From: an uncultured virus (IMG/VR IMGVR_UViG_3300020716_000002)
Lineage: Duplodnaviria > Heunggongvirae > Uroviricota > Caudoviricetes
Direction: 5' to 3' (one strand)
Virus record (IMG/VR): IMGVR_UViG_3300020716_000002
Length of the DNA: 64,000 nt
Positions 34,788 to 45,307 of the stretch are shown piece after piece; position 1 is the first letter of the stretch, and each line of letters begins with the position of its first letter. The translations under genes and the position numbers were made by a program. The notes under the pieces are model-generated. The model worked only from the letters and a program-made list of their open reading frames with translations, did not search any database and was not told where the DNA came from.

Positions 34788-36895
34788 TATCTTCTTCCAT
34801 CAGGTCTAATATCTAGACGTTGTGTACCGCTTTGCCACTGCACCCCTGTACCTGTTGAAGCAATTTTAAACGCCATTTGACGTCCTCTTGCCCGGACATA
34901 AACCTGTTGGGTAAATGTTTGGATAATATATTCGCGTTCGTTTGTGTAGTCCTGTTGACTGACAACTTTTGGATTGTTTGACGCCCCGTAATTTGCTCCA
35001 GGATTTTGTCTTGGCAGTATAGTTACAGTTGCATAAGGATTAGGATTATAAGAACCCGTAAAGTTTATATCAGGAACAAGACGGTACACAAAACCAAAAT
35101 GATCACCATTAGTAACATCGAAATCAGAACTTTGGACGTAAGCATTAATACCAGAAGCTGGATTAGTAGTTCCATCATTAACGCCACTTTCTTGATAAGT
35201 TAGCTGTCCATAGTAATTTGTTGCTACAGGTGTTACACGCAAAGGCGAATAAAGCCATGATGTTCTTTGCATTGCGCCATAAGCCCAAGTTTGATCAAGA
35301 TAATTATAGATGACATAGGAATCATTGAGCGTATTGGGATTAGATGGCGTTCCAGTACCAAGTGAGCCATCTGCATTGCGCCCAGTCACAGACGGATAAA
35401 ACCACCATACTTCGTTATAGGCTTCGTTTGATCCTGCGTAAACCTGAAATGCTTGGCTAAGATTTATATTATCAAATATGTATTGACGTACTGCACAAGG
35501 TAGGGTTTGCACTGTACCGTTATATTGATAGAATTTGTTGTAACCCATCCAGTAAACAACGTTATTAACGTTAATAGATGCATTAGGCCCAATGATAGAA
35601 GTATTACTAGCCATTGGCTGGAAACCCCATACATAGGGAGGACCAACGTACTGCATAATATATACAGTTGTATCAGTAAACACCAAAATACCTTGCTGAG
35701 CAGATACCGCAGATACAATTTGTGAGCCTTGAGATAATCTATAACTACCTGCTTGATTGGTTAAAGTTGGTAACCAAGTTTGTATAGCTTGTTGATCTGA
35801 CCAACGCACTAAGAGAGGATCGGCTATTGTAGTAAAAGATGTAACTGTACCAGATGGGTCATTGCAACCAAACGCAATTACAAAGAAAGATGAATCAGAA
35901 ACCACCATGTAATTGACAATCGACGGACAAGTTGAATCTGGTGTAAAAGTAGTTGTACCCCCTGAACCTGTTGTTACAGTAACAGGAGTACCTGCTGCTA
36001 AAAGTTGAGCCCTATCAAATACTGTAGGAATTGTATTGTTAGCCCAGTAATACATGGGTGCGCCGCCTGGCGCAATAATTAAATCTTGTCCATAATTGGC
36101 GTTAGACCAAAGACGTAATTGAATACCAATACCGCTAGAAGCAGGTTGCCCCCATCCTGTAGCAGTTGCCCCAGTACTAATTCCACTCCATCCCCCTGCA
36201 CCCCACCCAAGTGCTTGGGTATAAATAGCGCCACCTGTATTGATTTGATAATTACCTACTGTTGCGCTACCGCCTGTTCCTGTATCGCTAGCATTAGCCG
36301 CCACACTAGACGTAATTGTGTAAGTTGTAGACCCTGTAACCGCAACAATTTGATATTCTCTATTAAGCACAGTAGCAGTAATAGCCCCGCCTAAAGATAC
36401 CGCCCCACTAAAAGTTACAAAATCCCCAGCCTGTGCGCCATTACCTGAATTGGTAACTGTAATTGTGGTTGATCCATTTGTCGCAGAAAAAGTAACTGCC
36501 CCAGCCGCCGTTGTAAGTCTAATCGGCGTAATATCATAAAATGAACCGCCAATACCGTTTTGGATATAGTACTTTAGATGCGTGCCTAAACCGAGTAAGT
36601 TATACCCAGCAAGATTAAGCCATGACCATAAACTACGGCAAACTCCCCAAAAAGAAGCGGTATTGTATCCAGTTGTAGTTGGAGGCGTAGCAGTCGGCAA
36701 TCCATTATTTGCCGTTGGATAAGTGGCTTGTTGGGTTGTAGGTTCTGTACCTGTATCGGTTGTCCAACCACCTATTTTTTCTGGGTATCCTGAACGAAAC
36801 CTAATATTGTTACTGTCGTACCATCCTCCCTCGTTTGCAAGGGTAGTGGCTTCTCGGTTAACACCTGGTCTAAACTGTAACTTTATTAATGGCAT
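34787..36895 (-). CDS. tail nozzle / stabilisation protein (P22 gp10-like)
   Basis: About 700 aa, beta-rich, VRWSDQ, VYWMG, EVWWFYPS, C-terminal DIRPDGRR. Confidence 0.75.
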   Translation of the reverse strand: MPLIKLQFRPGVNREATTLANEGGWYDSNNIRFRSGYPEKIGGWTTDTGTEPTTQQATYPTANNGLPTATPPTTTGYNTASFWGVCRSLWSWLNLAGYNLLGLGTHLKYYIQNGIGGSFYDITPIRLTTAAGAVTFSATNGSTTITVTNSGNGAQAGDFVTFSGAVSLGGAITATVLNREYQIVAVTGSTTYTITSSVAANASDTGTGGSATVGNYQINTGGAIYTQALGWGAGGWSGISTGATATGWGQPASSGIGIQLRLWSNANYGQDLIIAPGGAPMYYWANNTIPTVFDRAQLLAAGTPVTVTTGSGGTTTFTPDSTCPSIVNYMVVSDSSFFVIAFGCNDPSGTVTSFTTIADPLLVRWSDQQAIQTWLPTLTNQAGSYRLSQGSQIVSAVSAQQGILVFTDTTVYIMQYVGPPYVWGFQPMASNTSIIGPNASINVNNVVYWMGYNKFYQYNGTVQTLPCAVRQYIFDNINLSQAFQVYAGSNEAYNEVWWFYPSVTGRNADGSLGTGTPSNPNTLNDSYVIYNYLDQTWAYGAMQRTSWLYSPLRVTPVATNYYGQLTYQESGVNDGTTNPASGINAYVQSSDFDVTNGDHFGFVYRLVPDINFTGSYNPNPYATVTILPRQNPGANYGASNNPKVVSQQDYTNEREYIIQTFTQQVYVRARGRQMAFKIASTGTGVQWQSGTQRLDIRPDGRR

Positions 36896-36897
36896 GA

Positions 36898-37365
36898 TTA
36901 AGCATATGCCCTTGTACCTGATTTGTCAATAATCAGCTTTGATTTTTTTGGTATGTCGCCAATATGCGTAACTATCGACACGTGTGTCCAGCGATCAAAT
37001 TCACGGATAACCTGTTGGTAAGGTAAATCACTAGCAATAATTGCTTTTGTAACTTCATCAGGTGTCATTCCTGGAACTCTTAGATCAGCCGCACAACCAC
37101 GACGATGGTCGCTTGTATTTTTAGAACCTACGGCAGTATTGACAGCTTCAGAACGAAATGCACTATTGACCATAATTGGTTTGCCGCCTAATACTTTTTT
37201 AACTTCCTCTAAAAAAGCAGCCAAGCGAGGCAAGTTAGCTATAGCATCAATAATTTCTTCTTTACCGTCTATGATGCATTTTTCATGATCAGTCGGCGTA
37301 TTGTCAAACTCACGGTGATCTGTGTGAGTTAATTCTTCAAATGTAAAGTTTTCACTGAGATTCAT
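36898..37365 (-). CDS. endolysin, peptidase M15A family
   Basis: LSENFTFEEL, NSAFRS..N..VG, SDH..G.AAD, WTHVS zinc-peptidase motifs. Confidence 0.88.
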   Translation of the reverse strand: MNLSENFTFEELTHTDHREFDNTPTDHEKCIIDGKEEIIDAIANLPRLAAFLEEVKKVLGGKPIMVNSAFRSEAVNTAVGSKNTSDHRRGCAADLRVPGMTPDEVTKAIIASDLPYQQVIREFDRWTHVSIVTHIGDIPKKSKLIIDKSGTRAYA

Positions 37366-37579
37366 TTTTCTTTTCTCCAATGTGAATGCCTGTAATTAAA
37401 CCTAAAAAACCACCGCAAATAGACTGGAAAGCAGGTCCAACAATATCAAACACAATCTTGTCATCCACGGTAGGATCAAGCACAGCTTGGACAAACATCC
37501 AAATCATTGAGGCAATTACGCCCATTAAAGATATGCTTGCAATTAAAGTTACACAGCCTTTTAAAGTCCAATCTTTCAT
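37352..37579 (-). CDS. 2-TM membrane protein in lysis cassette
   Basis: Two hydrophobic helices; between holin and endolysin. Confidence 0.65.
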   Translation of the reverse strand: MKDWTLKGCVTLIASISLMGVIASMIWMFVQAVLDPTVDDKIVFDIVGPAFQSICGGFLGLITGIHIGEKKNESQ

Positions 37580-37971
37580 TTTTTCACCTTATCAGCAATC
37601 TTTTCAAACGTACGTCCACCAAAGTAGAAGCTCATCACGACCATGCCCCAATTACCAAGCAGCTCAACATAAGAGCCACGAGTTTCGTAATTAAACATGG
37701 ACGCTACTGCAAATCCTGTATAAGCAGCCAAAAGAAATATAAGCACCATAGGGCGAATATTCTTAGACAACCAAGAGTCGCTAGACATGTCAGCTTGTAA
37801 ACGCTTAGTCAGTTCTTGTTGCTCTGATACGTCGGCTTGAAGTTGGGCTAATTCGCCTGTTTGTTGCATCTTAGCTAGTTCTAGCTGAGCCGCTGCTTTT
37901 GCTTGTGGGTCAGGAATAAGCTTGTCAATTAACTTATTGCCAATCCCAAGTAGTGCATCTAATCCGAACAT
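37576..37971 (-). CDS. holin (3-TM, GTA-type)
   Basis: IDKLIPDP, DSWLSKNIRP, FYFGGRTFEK. Confidence 0.85.
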   Translation of the reverse strand: MFGLDALLGIGNKLIDKLIPDPQAKAAAQLELAKMQQTGELAQLQADVSEQQELTKRLQADMSSDSWLSKNIRPMVLIFLLAAYTGFAVASMFNYETRGSYVELLGNWGMVVMSFYFGGRTFEKIADKVKK

Positions 37972-37980
37972 AATTACTCC

Positions 37981-38627
37981 TTAATTTGGGCAGTATCTTG
38001 GAAGATACCCAGTTTCACGAAATATTTTATAACACTCTATTTCTTTTCCATTTTCACTAAACTTCTTTTTAAACTCGATGTACCAAGGTTCATACTCTCT
38101 ACTTTGACGGTAATCTTCCCTTATGTAATACATAAGCCCCAAGATAGTAATCGCAACTGCGAGAACAGCGGAAGCAAGCGCAATCTTAAAGGCCCAATTA
38201 TCTCTACGTTCTTGACGTTCTCTAGCTTCCTTAAGATTCTTTTTTTTTGAGCTGCATCAAAGCTAGCTTTGTCTTTTATAAGTTTAGCTCGTTCTATCTG
38301 GAACTCTTCCCACATTGCACCCAGTTCAGGGGGCGTGTCGTAAATCAGCATTTGACGCAGGTCATACTCGGCTTGCTGAAGCCGTTTTCTAGCAAGTACG
38401 TTTTCTAACGCTTGAGCTTGTAAAGATTTACCTTTAGGTGGATTCTTTTCCTTTTGTTTTATTTCTTCCTGAGCTTTTTCTTGGTGTTCAAAAAATGTAC
38501 CAAGCCCTGTAGAAATTTCTTGCATTACCCCATAAGCTTCTTTGCCAACAGACTTGTATTCTTTATACAAAGCTACGCCCTGCTTTACAGCAGAAAGAAC
38601 GCCTAGACAAATGCTTATGGGTTCCAT
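37981..38627 (-). CDS. lysis-cassette protein; 168 aa in frame 0 (stop 38121) or about 215 aa via -1 shift at A9 (38240-38248)
   Basis: The -1 frame opens only at the A run, encodes a TM helix plus soluble tail, and stops at 37981 overlapping the holin RBS. Confidence 0.7.
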
Positions 38628-39172
38628 TATCTAAACCTTGGCCCTGACAACCACATGGTTGCTGTGTATCTGACGCCCTTTGTGACAGGCGTTACCTGAT
38701 GTTCCAAAAAAGACGGAAATGCGATGATTGATCCCATCTTTAATTCTGGCGTGAATTCTTGATACATTCTCAACTGCAATAGACCACCTTCAAATTCATT
38801 TGGATCATTCATCAAACAAACCACTGTTACTTTTCTATCAGACGGCGCACCGCTAAGTGGAAACACATCTACATGCCAGTTATATTTTTGTCCTACGCCA
38901 TACTCAGCATATTGGACTGCTTCATGGTTATTAATTAAAAAATCCCATTTGCATTCAATATTGGCAAGTTTTCCGTATCCAAGCATCCTGTCACCAAACC
39001 AATTATCAATAGATGCAAACCTAACAGTTGTGTTACGTTGTGTGTGATCTATATTGTCTGATGCAATACCCATAGTGGCATCTTTAGGAGCTATGTTCAT
39101 GTATTCCATAGCCGCTTTTTCGCATTCCTCAATAGGAACTTGACCAAGATACCAAATGGGTAAATGTGACAT
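38627..39172 (-). CDS. 2OG-Fe(II) oxygenase (prolyl-hydroxylase-like)
   Basis: WHVD (HxD), FPSFLEH.V.PV..G.R. Confidence 0.9.
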   Translation of the reverse strand: MSHLPIWYLGQVPIEECEKAAMEYMNIAPKDATMGIASDNIDHTQRNTTVRFASIDNWFGDRMLGYGKLANIECKWDFLINNHEAVQYAEYGVGQKYNWHVDVFPLSGAPSDRKVTVVCLMNDPNEFEGGLLQLRMYQEFTPELKMGSIIAFPSFLEHQVTPVTKGVRYTATMWLSGPRFR

Positions 39173-39348
39173 TAGCTTCCCTGTGTTGGCGGTACATATC
39201 CAGGAGGTGCTGGTATTTGAAGATGCGCTTGTCCCATTTGAATTTGACCAGATTGAATCAACTGCATGATCACTTTATGTGCCGCCGCATGGTCATCGTG
39301 CTCAGAATGAACCTCGCCATTGATATGAATTTTGTATTCTCCAGCCAT
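39172..39348 (-). CDS. small His-rich protein (58 aa)
   Basis: AAGGAG RBS; MAGEYKIHINGEVHSEHDDHAAAHK...GS*; TAATG coupling; not in the ORF track. Confidence 0.65.
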   Translation of the reverse strand: MAGEYKIHINGEVHSEHDDHAAAHKVIMQLIQSGQIQMGQAHLQIPAPPGYVPPTQGS

Positions 39349-39358
39349 TTAAATCTCC

Positions 39359-40522
39359 TTAACAATAAATATAAAATGTACCACTATAAGGCCATGAGCC
39401 TCCACTCCAGTACACAGTCAACTGTGTAGATAAAGAAGAGTTGTTATTGGTTGTATTACCAGCAAAATAATTATGCGAATAAGGGCTTGTTGTATTAACA
39501 TTTGAAAACGAACAAGTTCCCACGCTACCATATCCTACATAATAAGGAACGTTACCAAATGTAGCTACTGCAACGCCCACACTGGCTGGTAAGGTAAGAC
39601 TGGCAGAACCGCTAGTTGATCCATCTCCTGGATAACCCATTCCTACACTTGTTGAATAAAAATAAGCTGATGTACCAGAAGGTCCAGTTGGTCCAGTTGG
39701 TCCAGTTGGTCCAGTAGGACCTGTTCCACCAGGAGAACCCGTAGGTCCAGTAGGTCCATAAGGACCTGTTGGTCCGGTAGGTCCCGTTGGTCCTGTTCCA
39801 CCAGGAGAGCCTGTTGGTCCGGTTGGTCCTGGAGAACCTGTTGGTCCGGTTGGTCCGGTTGGTCCGGTTGGTCCGGTTGGACCTGAAATACCTGATGCCC
39901 AAACACCGTCTCCACGTATAAATGTAGAACTTGATGGTGTTCCGGTTACAGGCGGAATGGCTGTTGCGCTACTAACAAGTGTCCCAGATACTGGCAAAGT
40001 AACGTTTGTTGAAGCAGTTGCTGCTATTGTTCTTGGATATGCTCCAGTAAAACTTACGTTACCTGCGTTTGTTATTAGTCCGCCTGATGTTCCTGTGTTT
40101 GCTGCGTAAAAATTAGTACCGTCTGTATAGACAGTCATGGTCACACCGTAAGGAATAGCAACAGTAGATCCGCCTGATCCTGTTACTTGCATTGTTATTG
40201 TGGTGTTAATGCTGGTTGTATTGTTAAAAACAATGTATAGTTTTTGTGAGCTGCTAGGTGTATTTACTGTACACGCACCGCCTGACACCCCACCTGTAAA
40301 TATCAATGCTGCAGCAACAGCTTGGTTATTAGCTAAAGTAGTAGTCGCACCATTTAAATAAGTTAATGCGTAAGGGCTAGAAGTAAGATTTACAGTTTGA
40401 ACCCCGGCAATAGCCTGCTCTAAAATATACTGATAGTTTTTATTGGTCGTAGAACCCCAAGTACCGGCTTGGTCACCTGCAGCTATCAGTTCAATTCTAA
40501 GATCGGTTGAATATGTTGACAT
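39359..40522 (-). CDS. tail fibre with collagen-like repeat
   Basis: N-terminal [12 protein letters not shown] anchor; about 24 consecutive Gly-X-Y triplets, mostly GPT. Confidence 0.85.
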   Translation of the reverse strand: MSTYSTDLRIELIAAGDQAGTWGSTTNKNYQYILEQAIAGVQTVNLTSSPYALTYLNGATTTLANNQAVAAALIFTGGVSGGACTVNTPSSSQKLYIVFNNTTSINTTITMQVTGSGGSTVAIPYGVTMTVYTDGTNFYAANTGTSGGLITNAGNVSFTGAYPRTIAATASTNVTLPVSGTLVSSATAIPPVTGTPSSSTFIRGDGVWASGISGPTGPTGPTGPTGPTGSPGPTGPTGSPGGTGPTGPTGPTGPYGPTGPTGSPGGTGPTGPTGPTGPTGPSGTSAYFYSTSVGMGYPGDGSTSGSASLTLPASVGVAVATFGNVPYYVGYGSVGTCSFSNVNTTSPYSHNYFAGNTTNNNSSLSTQLTVYWSGGSWPYSGTFYIYC

Positions 40523-40531
40523 ATTAGTTCC

Positions 40532-40960
40532 TTATTGGGTATTGTTTATTTTAGTCCAATTTGTAGATTGTGAATCATTAATCAACGTCCAACCCGCTGA
40601 TTCTGTGTTTTGTATGGCTACCCAAGAGGCAGTCTCACCATTGTTGATTTTAATCCAATAAGATTGATTTTGCCCATCAGCCACTGCTGATAAAGGTTCA
40701 ATTACAATTTCTACAAACTGAGTAAGAGCGAGTTCTGAATCAAGTAGGGCACTTATAATTTCTGTAATTGACTCAAGGAATTGGGCATTTATCGTCGGCG
40801 TATCTAGACTTGTCATACCTTCAACCACACCCTCATAGAATACGTCTATCTCCGCATTCGTGTCGTTCATTGCATTAATTGTTTCAGTAATACTTAGGAC
40901 GAACTGAGTTGACCCTAGTGCAGCAAAGGGTGGTTGGGCGAAGGCTGCGTATCCAAACAT
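40532..40960 (-). CDS. tail structural protein
   Basis: MFGYAAFAQPPFA start; C-terminal W..I repeats about 11 residues apart. Confidence 0.6.
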   Translation of the reverse strand: MFGYAAFAQPPFAALGSTQFVLSITETINAMNDTNAEIDVFYEGVVEGMTSLDTPTINAQFLESITEIISALLDSELALTQFVEIVIEPLSAVADGQNQSYWIKINNGETASWVAIQNTESAGWTLINDSQSTNWTKINNTQ

Positions 40961-41166
40961 TAGGGTAAAGTAGCTAGGAAGGTTGTGATTTGCTCAGGTG
41001 TCATTTGATTGCCCTCTGCATCTTTTAATTCCACACCATTTGCCAAGTCTTTTTTAAATTGTTGGTAGTCTGTGTTGTCTGGTGCAAAGGGTATACAAGC
41101 ACCATCGGTAGTGCGAATGACGCTTTGTGCAGGTTGACCTTTGTGGTCTAGACTTAATTTGTACAT
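40960..41166 (-). CDS. tail fibre chaperone-like protein
   Basis: IPF..DNTDYQQF motif; follows a fibre gene; paralog of 42249-42455. Confidence 0.7.
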   Translation of the reverse strand: MYKLSLDHKGQPAQSVIRTTDGACIPFAPDNTDYQQFKKDLANGVELKDAEGNQMTPEQITTFLATLP

Positions 41167-42249
41167 TTATAGCTCCGCTGAAAAACCGATACCGGAAGTT
41201 GTTGAATTCACAGACATAACCAAGGAAGCCCCGGTAACTCCAGTTCCACTAGCACCTGTCAGACCCAAGGACAAATCTGCCCCTGATAAAGCACTTCCAC
41301 GCACTCCGGCAATTGATGTTATGGTTGGATTTGCGCCAAACATATTTTCAAAAGAAGGTGTTCCAACAACTGCGGCTGTTGGAGTTGTTCTCATCGCTGT
41401 ATTAAACGGCACGCTTATGTACGCCCCAGTAATTGAGGTGTTACTCATTGGCCCTGCGCCTGTTTGCCCAAGCTGGTAATACCTCTGACACAAAAACAAC
41501 TCAGTACCATAAGGACGATAATCAAAAGATGTTGCTTGTGCTCCTACTTCTAGTTGTACGCCTGTAATATTCCATGTGGCATTATTAGTGCTTACTACGT
41601 TAACTGAACTGTTTGCGGAAACATAGTTTCCTGCTTGCCAAGAACCCGCTGTTGATGTAAATGTTGAGCCTACACCAAGACCCCAGAAACAATATATCTG
41701 TCCCGCATTACCTGTATTCCATGTACCTGCGGTTGGGCCTGGAATAGTTAAAGATATGAATGTCCAAGTGCTTGCGGAACTGATTGTGTATTGAAAAGGG
41801 TAAGCGTAATTGTTTCCATAACTCTTTAGGCAACCGCCGAATGTTCCAGTTAAACTAGACTGAACCCAAAATGACAACGTGATTGTCTTTGCATTAGCCG
41901 TACCCCATTGTAGATCGGCAACATTGTTTGCTTCAATAACTTGGTTAAAAGTAAATATATCTCCCGCCAACACTGTATATGCAGATGAAGAAGTAACACC
42001 TAAATAATTATAAAAACCTGTTGGCGGAGAAGCACTTAATTGTTGAAACGAAAACTTAGATGCCTGGGTAGACAAATATCCCCAACGATCTATGGCACTG
42101 TAAGTATTGGATGTACCTCCATTGTTACCTGCTGTAATACTTGAAGTAGAGTATTGGGCAACTTGCATCGCACCATTAATAATACGGTTCTTCATGGAAT
42201 AAAACTGTGCTGTCGTTTGGAGCATCCCAGAGGGAACTTGTGTCAACAT
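41167..42249 (-). CDS. tail fibre / receptor-binding protein
   Basis: KNRIINGA...ITGVQLE.G..AT.F.YR.YGTEL.LCQRYY. Confidence 0.8.
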   Translation of the reverse strand: MLTQVPSGMLQTTAQFYSMKNRIINGAMQVAQYSTSSITAGNNGGTSNTYSAIDRWGYLSTQASKFSFQQLSASPPTGFYNYLGVTSSSAYTVLAGDIFTFNQVIEANNVADLQWGTANAKTITLSFWVQSSLTGTFGGCLKSYGNNYAYPFQYTISSASTWTFISLTIPGPTAGTWNTGNAGQIYCFWGLGVGSTFTSTAGSWQAGNYVSANSSVNVVSTNNATWNITGVQLEVGAQATSFDYRPYGTELFLCQRYYQLGQTGAGPMSNTSITGAYISVPFNTAMRTTPTAAVVGTPSFENMFGANPTITSIAGVRGSALSGADLSLGLTGASGTGVTGASLVMSVNSTTSGIGFSAEL

Positions 42250-42455
42250 TATGCTAGTCCTTCAAGAAAGGTTTTAATCTGATCTGCCGTCATAGGGTTG
42301 CCTTCAGCATCACTTAGTGCTACGCCATTGGCTAGGTCTTTTTTGAATTGTTGATAGTCTGTGTTTCCCTCATACAAAGGGATAAAAATATTTTCTCCTA
42401 CAATTGTTACACCGCATGGCTGACTATCTTGACCATTTAAAATTTTATATTGCAT
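42249..42455 (-). CDS. tail fibre chaperone-like protein
   Basis: NTDYQQFKKDLANGV shared with 40960-41166. Confidence 0.7.
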   Translation of the reverse strand: MQYKILNGQDSQPCGVTIVGENIFIPLYEGNTDYQQFKKDLANGVALSDAEGNPMTADQIKTFLEGLA

Positions 42456-42457
42456 TT

Positions 42458-43561
42458 TTATAACTCCGATTGAAATGCCCAATACGCTGTTGTATCCCCT
42501 GCACCACCCGGAAGAACAAAGGCTTGAGCACCAAGGGCGTGACTTGTGCAGGTATACGCACCGTACCCGCCAGTAACGCCAATTTGCTGATTAGAAGCAG
42601 ATATACCGGAAAGCGTGGCTGAAGCACCTGCGCTATAACCAAGTCTAAGGTTGCCACCCCAAGTTTGCGTAGGATTTGGGGCACGTAAAGATACAGGAAA
42701 AAATGGCGATATTACAAGAGCTGTGTTTGAGGCAGTTGATCCACCAAAGAATGATGCGTACCCACCATTTGCATCATTTGCAGAATACTTAATATAATAC
42801 CTCTGACACAAAGCCAACTCAGTACCGTACTGTCTATATTCAAATGGAGTAGCAGTAGTACCTGCTTCTAGTTGGACACCTGTAATGTAGAAGGTTGCGC
42901 TATTGGTTGAAATTAAATTTACCGCACCAGTAGGAGATAAAGCTCTTGAGCTACTCCATACTCCGGATGTTCCACTAAGAGTAGATCCACAACCCAGTAC
43001 AAACCTGGCTTTAACACCTATACCATTTCCGTTATTCCAAGTACCGATTGCAGTTCCAGGAATAGTAATAGTTACATACTGCCAAGTATTTGCTGAACTT
43101 ATAGTATATAAAATAGGATAAGAAGCATTGTTTCCGTTAGCCTCTAAACTAAACCCAAATGTACCTGTTAAAGAGCTATATACCCAAAATGAAACAGTTA
43201 CTGCTTTGGCATTAGATGTTCCCCATCCAATATCGTAAGTATTAAATCCTTCAATAGCTTGAGTTAAGAAAAAATCATCTCCTGCTCCAACAGTTACGTT
43301 TGCAGAAGCACCAACCGTTACACCTATATAACTTGTAAATCCTGCGGGAGGAGTTATTGATCCTGCATTTTGTTGAACACTAAATTTAGATGCTTGAGAC
43401 AATTCTGCATACCATCTATCTATAGTATATTGACTATTTGTACTAGGTGTTACGCTTGACCCACTATTCCTTTGATCAATAAGACCTGCACCATTAATAA
43501 TACGGTTACGCGTGGTTACGTTATTAGAACCGCCTTGTGCTATTGAGACTGCATTGGTCAT
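42458..43561 (-). CDS. tail fibre / receptor-binding protein
   Basis: Paralog of 41167-42249. Confidence 0.8.
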   Translation of the reverse strand: MTNAVSIAQGGSNNVTTRNRIINGAGLIDQRNSGSSVTPSTNSQYTIDRWYAELSQASKFSVQQNAGSITPPAGFTSYIGVTVGASANVTVGAGDDFFLTQAIEGFNTYDIGWGTSNAKAVTVSFWVYSSLTGTFGFSLEANGNNASYPILYTISSANTWQYVTITIPGTAIGTWNNGNGIGVKARFVLGCGSTLSGTSGVWSSSRALSPTGAVNLISTNSATFYITGVQLEAGTTATPFEYRQYGTELALCQRYYIKYSANDANGGYASFFGGSTASNTALVISPFFPVSLRAPNPTQTWGGNLRLGYSAGASATLSGISASNQQIGVTGGYGAYTCTSHALGAQAFVLPGGAGDTTAYWAFQSEL

Positions 43562-44541
43562 TATCTAATCTCCTGTGCAATGATAGATATTGTTGATCCC
43601 GCAGGATAACCAGGTAAAGTACCAAACGCCATAGTGTTAGAGCTTGTTCCAGAAACACCGCAATAAACTTGGTATGTTGTACTTGATGTTGTCGCAGGAG
43701 AATCTAGAAATATCATATTTGCAGAACCTGCAATAACCTGATTTGCGTTAATAAATATGTCAGCTAAACAAGCATCTGTTTGAGAACCCGCTAAATTTGT
43801 AGAGTTACGATATATTGTTGCATACGCACCTGTAGCAGTACCGCTTGAGGCGATAACTGACATATTAGCCGCCACTTGAACAAGAATTCTACTTGTCGAG
43901 AATTGTGGTGTTATAGATACTGAAAGTCCTGTTGCAGTAGGAGTGCTATTAGACGTTGTAAAGTAATTGGATGTAATATTAATAGCATTTTGTACAACTT
44001 GAATAACAGAACCAACAGGCATATTAGCAGAACTAATACTATAAGCAGTATTCGGTATAGCATTAAGCACAGAGCTAACCAGGAATGATTCAACTGTTAC
44101 AGTGTCGCCTGATGTGCAAGCGTTATTCAATACAACTGTCGTTCCGTTTGTTGCTGTGTAGTCAACCGTTGGAAGATATACCCCGTTGCGGTATACGTTG
44201 ATAAATCCTGATGTGTAAGATGGCGGTGTGAAACTTGTCTGTCCCGCCGTTGCAGTAAAGTTTGTTACTGTTCTGTACGCAGTTGTTGTTACATTGGATG
44301 CGGGTATACCTAAGTACCTTGCGCTGATGTTACCTGTACCTGTTGGGGGCGCGGCTGAGAATGTAAGCGTTGTACCTGATACTGAATATGTGCTTGGGTC
44401 TTGCAGAACACCACCTACGGCAACCAGTACTGATGCTGTGTTAGCAGGAGCCACAGACATTGTAAAAGCCGTGGTCGAGTTATTCCCGCTGAAAGTATCA
44501 GTTAAAAATGCAACTTGGTAGACGGGGTTTCCTATGTACAT
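43561..44541 (-). CDS. tail fibre protein (mosaic)
   Basis: N-terminus like 45578-46411, C-terminus like 44812-45306. Confidence 0.75.
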   Translation of the reverse strand: MYIGNPVYQVAFLTDTFSGNNSTTAFTMSVAPANTASVLVAVGGVLQDPSTYSVSGTTLTFSAAPPTGTGNISARYLGIPASNVTTTAYRTVTNFTATAGQTSFTPPSYTSGFINVYRNGVYLPTVDYTATNGTTVVLNNACTSGDTVTVESFLVSSVLNAIPNTAYSISSANMPVGSVIQVVQNAINITSNYFTTSNSTPTATGLSVSITPQFSTSRILVQVAANMSVIASSGTATGAYATIYRNSTNLAGSQTDACLADIFINANQVIAGSANMIFLDSPATTSSTTYQVYCGVSGTSSNTMAFGTLPGYPAGSTISIIAQEIR

Positions 44542-44545
44542 ATTT

Positions 44546-44812
44546 TTATCCTACGATTGCTTTGACTTCGTCTTGTGTAAGTCCTAGTGCCGCTAACTTA
44601 GCTAGTGCTGATGCCTTAGCGTTAGCCTGTGCTTGTTGTTCGTTAGCGTAATTAGTTTGAAGTGTTACTAACTCTGCTTCTACTGTTGCGGGTACTATTG
44701 CTACAGGCTTGTGTTCTGAATCAATAGCTTCTAATGAATTTATATCATTTCCTGCAACTTGCATTACATTTGGATACGCAACAAATACAGCATCGTGAAT
44801 TGTTGGTTGCAT
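44546..44812 (-). CDS. tail fibre-associated small protein
   Basis: C-terminal KASALAKLAALGLTQDEV. Confidence 0.65.
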   Translation of the reverse strand: MQPTIHDAVFVAYPNVMQVAGNDINSLEAIDSEHKPVAIVPATVEAELVTLQTNYANEQQAQANAKASALAKLAALGLTQDEVKAIVG

Positions 44813-45306
44813 TATCTAATCTCCATCAAAGTCATTGTTGTTTGTGAATTAGAATTATTAACAGCCATATTTGCAGATCCTTGGTTTAACCAATATAGGC
44901 CATATGATGTAGAAGAAGTTGTTGCAGGTGAGTCTAAAACAACAACATTCATTGGAACTATAATTCTTCCACTACCAATATAAAAATCATTAAAATTGTA
45001 AGTTGATCCAGTAGGACTTAAGTTAGTTGTTCCGTTTCTATATATCGTTAAAGATGGTTGAGATCCAGTTCCGTTTACATCTATATTTCCACCAGTAAAC
45101 ATTACAAGAATTTTACTTGTACTAAATTGAGGTGTTATTGATATTGAAAAAGAAGCTCCTACAGAAACATAAGATCCAGAAGAAGACGATGTAAACACAT
45201 TAGTTGTGCTTTGAACAACTTGAATAACCGATCCAGTCGGCATATTAATAGCAGACAGAATCTGGCTTTGACTCAAGCCTGTATTATCAATCGTGCTTAG
45301 TGGCAT
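44812..45306 (-). CDS. short tail fibre tip protein
   Basis: GSVIQVVQ..SITPQFSTSKILV..LDSPATTS..MEIR. Confidence 0.7.
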   Translation of the reverse strand: MPLSTIDNTGLSQSQILSAINMPTGSVIQVVQSTTNVFTSSSSGSYVSVGASFSISITPQFSTSKILVMFTGGNIDVNGTGSQPSLTIYRNGTTNLSPTGSTYNFNDFYIGSGRIIVPMNVVVLDSPATTSSTSYGLYWLNQGSANMAVNNSNSQTTMTLMEIR

Positions 45307-45307
45307 A

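Noticed and set aside
39612..39915. Alternative-frame ORFs with NRT and DQP repeats
   Set aside because: Shadow frames of the GPT collagen repeat, with no RBS
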